In this document: piece after piece, positions 62,526 to 64,000 of the stretch
Position numbering within the stretch: the first letter of the stretch is position 1
How the letters are laid out: each line of letters starts with the position of its first letter
Origin: Thermoplasmatota archaeon
GTDB taxonomy: Archaea; Thermoplasmatota; Penumbrarchaeia; Penumbrarchaeales; Penumbrarchaeaceae
Assembly (NCBI GenBank): GCA_965234725.1
Contig: CBDDUX010000026.1
Location: 53,223 to 117,222, forward strand
Direction: 5' to 3'
Length of the DNA: 64,000 bases
Position numbers and translations under genes: made by a program
The notes under the pieces: generated by a model
What the model saw: only the letters and a program-made list of their open reading frames with translations
Told to the model about the DNA's origin: nothing
The model's database searches: none

Positions 62526-62593
62526 AATATCTAATTCCATGTATTACAAAGAAACAAAAAGATTTAATATTCGATGCATCAATAATGATACAT

Positions 62594-63445
62594 ATGTATC
62601 AAAAAAGATACACATTGAATCCTATAGGATCGACCGTTGCGATAGATGTCCTGAGGACCCTATACGATAATTTACATCGATATATCTCCCCTTCTGAGAT
62701 ATCAAAGGACCTCAATACTTCAAGAGCAAATGTTCACAGGGGCCTGAAGAGAATAGATGAGATTGGATTATTGAGAAGGTCCGCGGAGAGAAGAAGATCC
62801 CTGGTGAGGGTCGACACATCTTCGAGAGACGCCTATCCCCTTTTCCAGGTTTTCAACAACGAGAGAATTAAAAATATAGATGAAGCTGTTGTACAGAACA
62901 TCTTCAATATCATAGACAAAGAGGAAATTAGATCAGCTATTCTTTTCGGGAGTCATAGTAGAGGTCAAGCAACTGATAGAAGTGATATCGATCTACTTAT
63001 CATAACAAACAAAACCAATACTGAAAGGGAAATCAGGGACAAAGCAATATCGATGCTTCCGGAAATCCATTTTGACATCCATTTTTATACGGAAGAAGAC
63101 CTGCAAAAGAAAAGCGAATTGATAATCATTGATGGGATCTTGTTCGGTATATCTTTCATTGGGGACCGGTTACTTTACGAAAGAAGAAAATCTCTGGAGA
63201 GTATAGATACATCTTATATTCACTGGAGACTCGATTCATGTAATAAGAATCTTATAAGATCCGAGAAAACAGAAGGAGATGCAAGAAAATATTTTATCAA
63301 TGTGGCTAGGAGAACCTTGGAAGAAATACTCTCAGTAATGAGGATGGATCATAATATCGATCAGACTGAGAGATCAATTGAGGAAGGGATTATCCTGGTG
63401 AAGAACGATCTGAAACGTAGGGGGGAAAAGATATGGCTGAATTAG
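62594..63445 (+). CDS. HTH-nucleotidyltransferase fusion (antitoxin-like)
   Basis: SPSEISKDLNTSRANVHRGL HTH; LFGS.SRG.....SDIDLL. The track start 62450 runs through a repeat, so ATG 62585 or 62594 is more likely. Confidence 0.85.
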   Translation: MYQKRYTLNPIGSTVAIDVLRTLYDNLHRYISPSEISKDLNTSRANVHRGLKRIDEIGLLRRSAERRRSLVRVDTSSRDAYPLFQVFNNERIKNIDEAVVQNIFNIIDKEEIRSAILFGSHSRGQATDRSDIDLLIITNKTNTEREIRDKAISMLPEIHFDIHFYTEEDLQKKSELIIIDGILFGISFIGDRLLYERRKSLESIDTSYIHWRLDSCNKNLIRSEKTEGDARKYFINVARRTLEEILSVMRMDHNIDQTERSIEEGIILVKNDLKRRGEKIWLN

Positions 63446-63807
63446 AGGACCTGGAGAGAGCAAAAGGTTTGATCAGATCAGCCAGGGACCTGTTCAAGAT
63501 GAAGGACTTTGTTGGAGTAGCTGGTCTGGCATATCAGGCTTTCGAATCAGCAACGATGGGTCTCCTTGAGAAGAAAAATGGTAAGGATAAGAAATCTCAT
63601 TTCGAAAGGAGAAAAAGGGTTAAAGAAATACTATCCGGGCATGCTTCTAAAATTGATGAACTATGAGATCTGAGAAATATTGATTTCTATGGGAATTCCA
63701 GGATTGGTGAAAGGAAAAGGGATCTCACAGAAGAGGAGATCGAAGACCGTTTGAGTGATGTGGAAAGTATTATTGAGGAAATTGAGACACTACTTGATGA
63801 AGAATGA
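63433..63807 (+). pseudogene. HEPN-domain protein interrupted by an in-frame TGA
   Basis: AYQAFE..., SH motif; TGA at 63664-63666, then the frame continues DLRNIDFYGN...LLDEE to TGA 63807. Confidence 0.78.
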
Positions 63808-63815
63808 TCTATTTT

Positions 63816-63905
63816 TATACAACTTATTTCGTGATTGATCATCTCTGCATCGGTCCTCATTTATAGCTCCCTTCCGGGGGTCCTGATCGGAACTGTGATG
63901 TGGAG
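63816..63905 (+). repeat. ~90-bp imperfect direct repeat, copy 2
   Basis: Alignable to 62435-62525. Confidence 0.85.
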
Positions 63906-64000
63906 TTTAAGATCTTTAGATTCAGGGAACTCTCTATATCGTTCCTTTAACACCGATTTTCGCGAGCCTTATCATAACGATAATAGACCCTTATTCTGAA

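Noticed and set aside
63664-63666. Selenocysteine or recoded TGA
   Set aside because: Not a Cys-type position, and TGA is used as a normal stop throughout the window
1-64000. tRNA, rRNA or CRISPR arrays
   Set aside because: None recognisable by eye; a covariance-model scan would be needed to exclude small RNAs

Overview
Archaeal chromosomal window, probably from Thermoplasmatota. This is an inference from NMD3, archaeal class III prepilins, GGTGA/GGAGG ribosome-binding sites and TTTATATA boxes. Left to right: two long coiled-coil/zinc-ribbon proteins; a membrane J-domain protein; an operon of two ~2200-aa pilin-headed vWA adhesins plus two small pilins; a minus-strand metK-ahcY-nmd3 block; a large surface-glycan locus (27.4-60.2 kb) with an extremely AT-rich core and a dead IS630; and two MNT/HEPN toxin-antitoxin modules bracketed by direct repeats. 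The most unexpected signal sits inside the glycan locus at 30.2-36.5 kb. It is a dispersed family of at least seven tiny ORFs (29-56 aa, six missing from the ORF track) that end in a shared motif R-[EQR]-I-[VIL]-[ILM]-[LF]-[RST]-Y-P, mixed with two HicB-like orphans. All calls come from reading and translating the sequence by eye. No database searches were run, and GC values are visual estimates.
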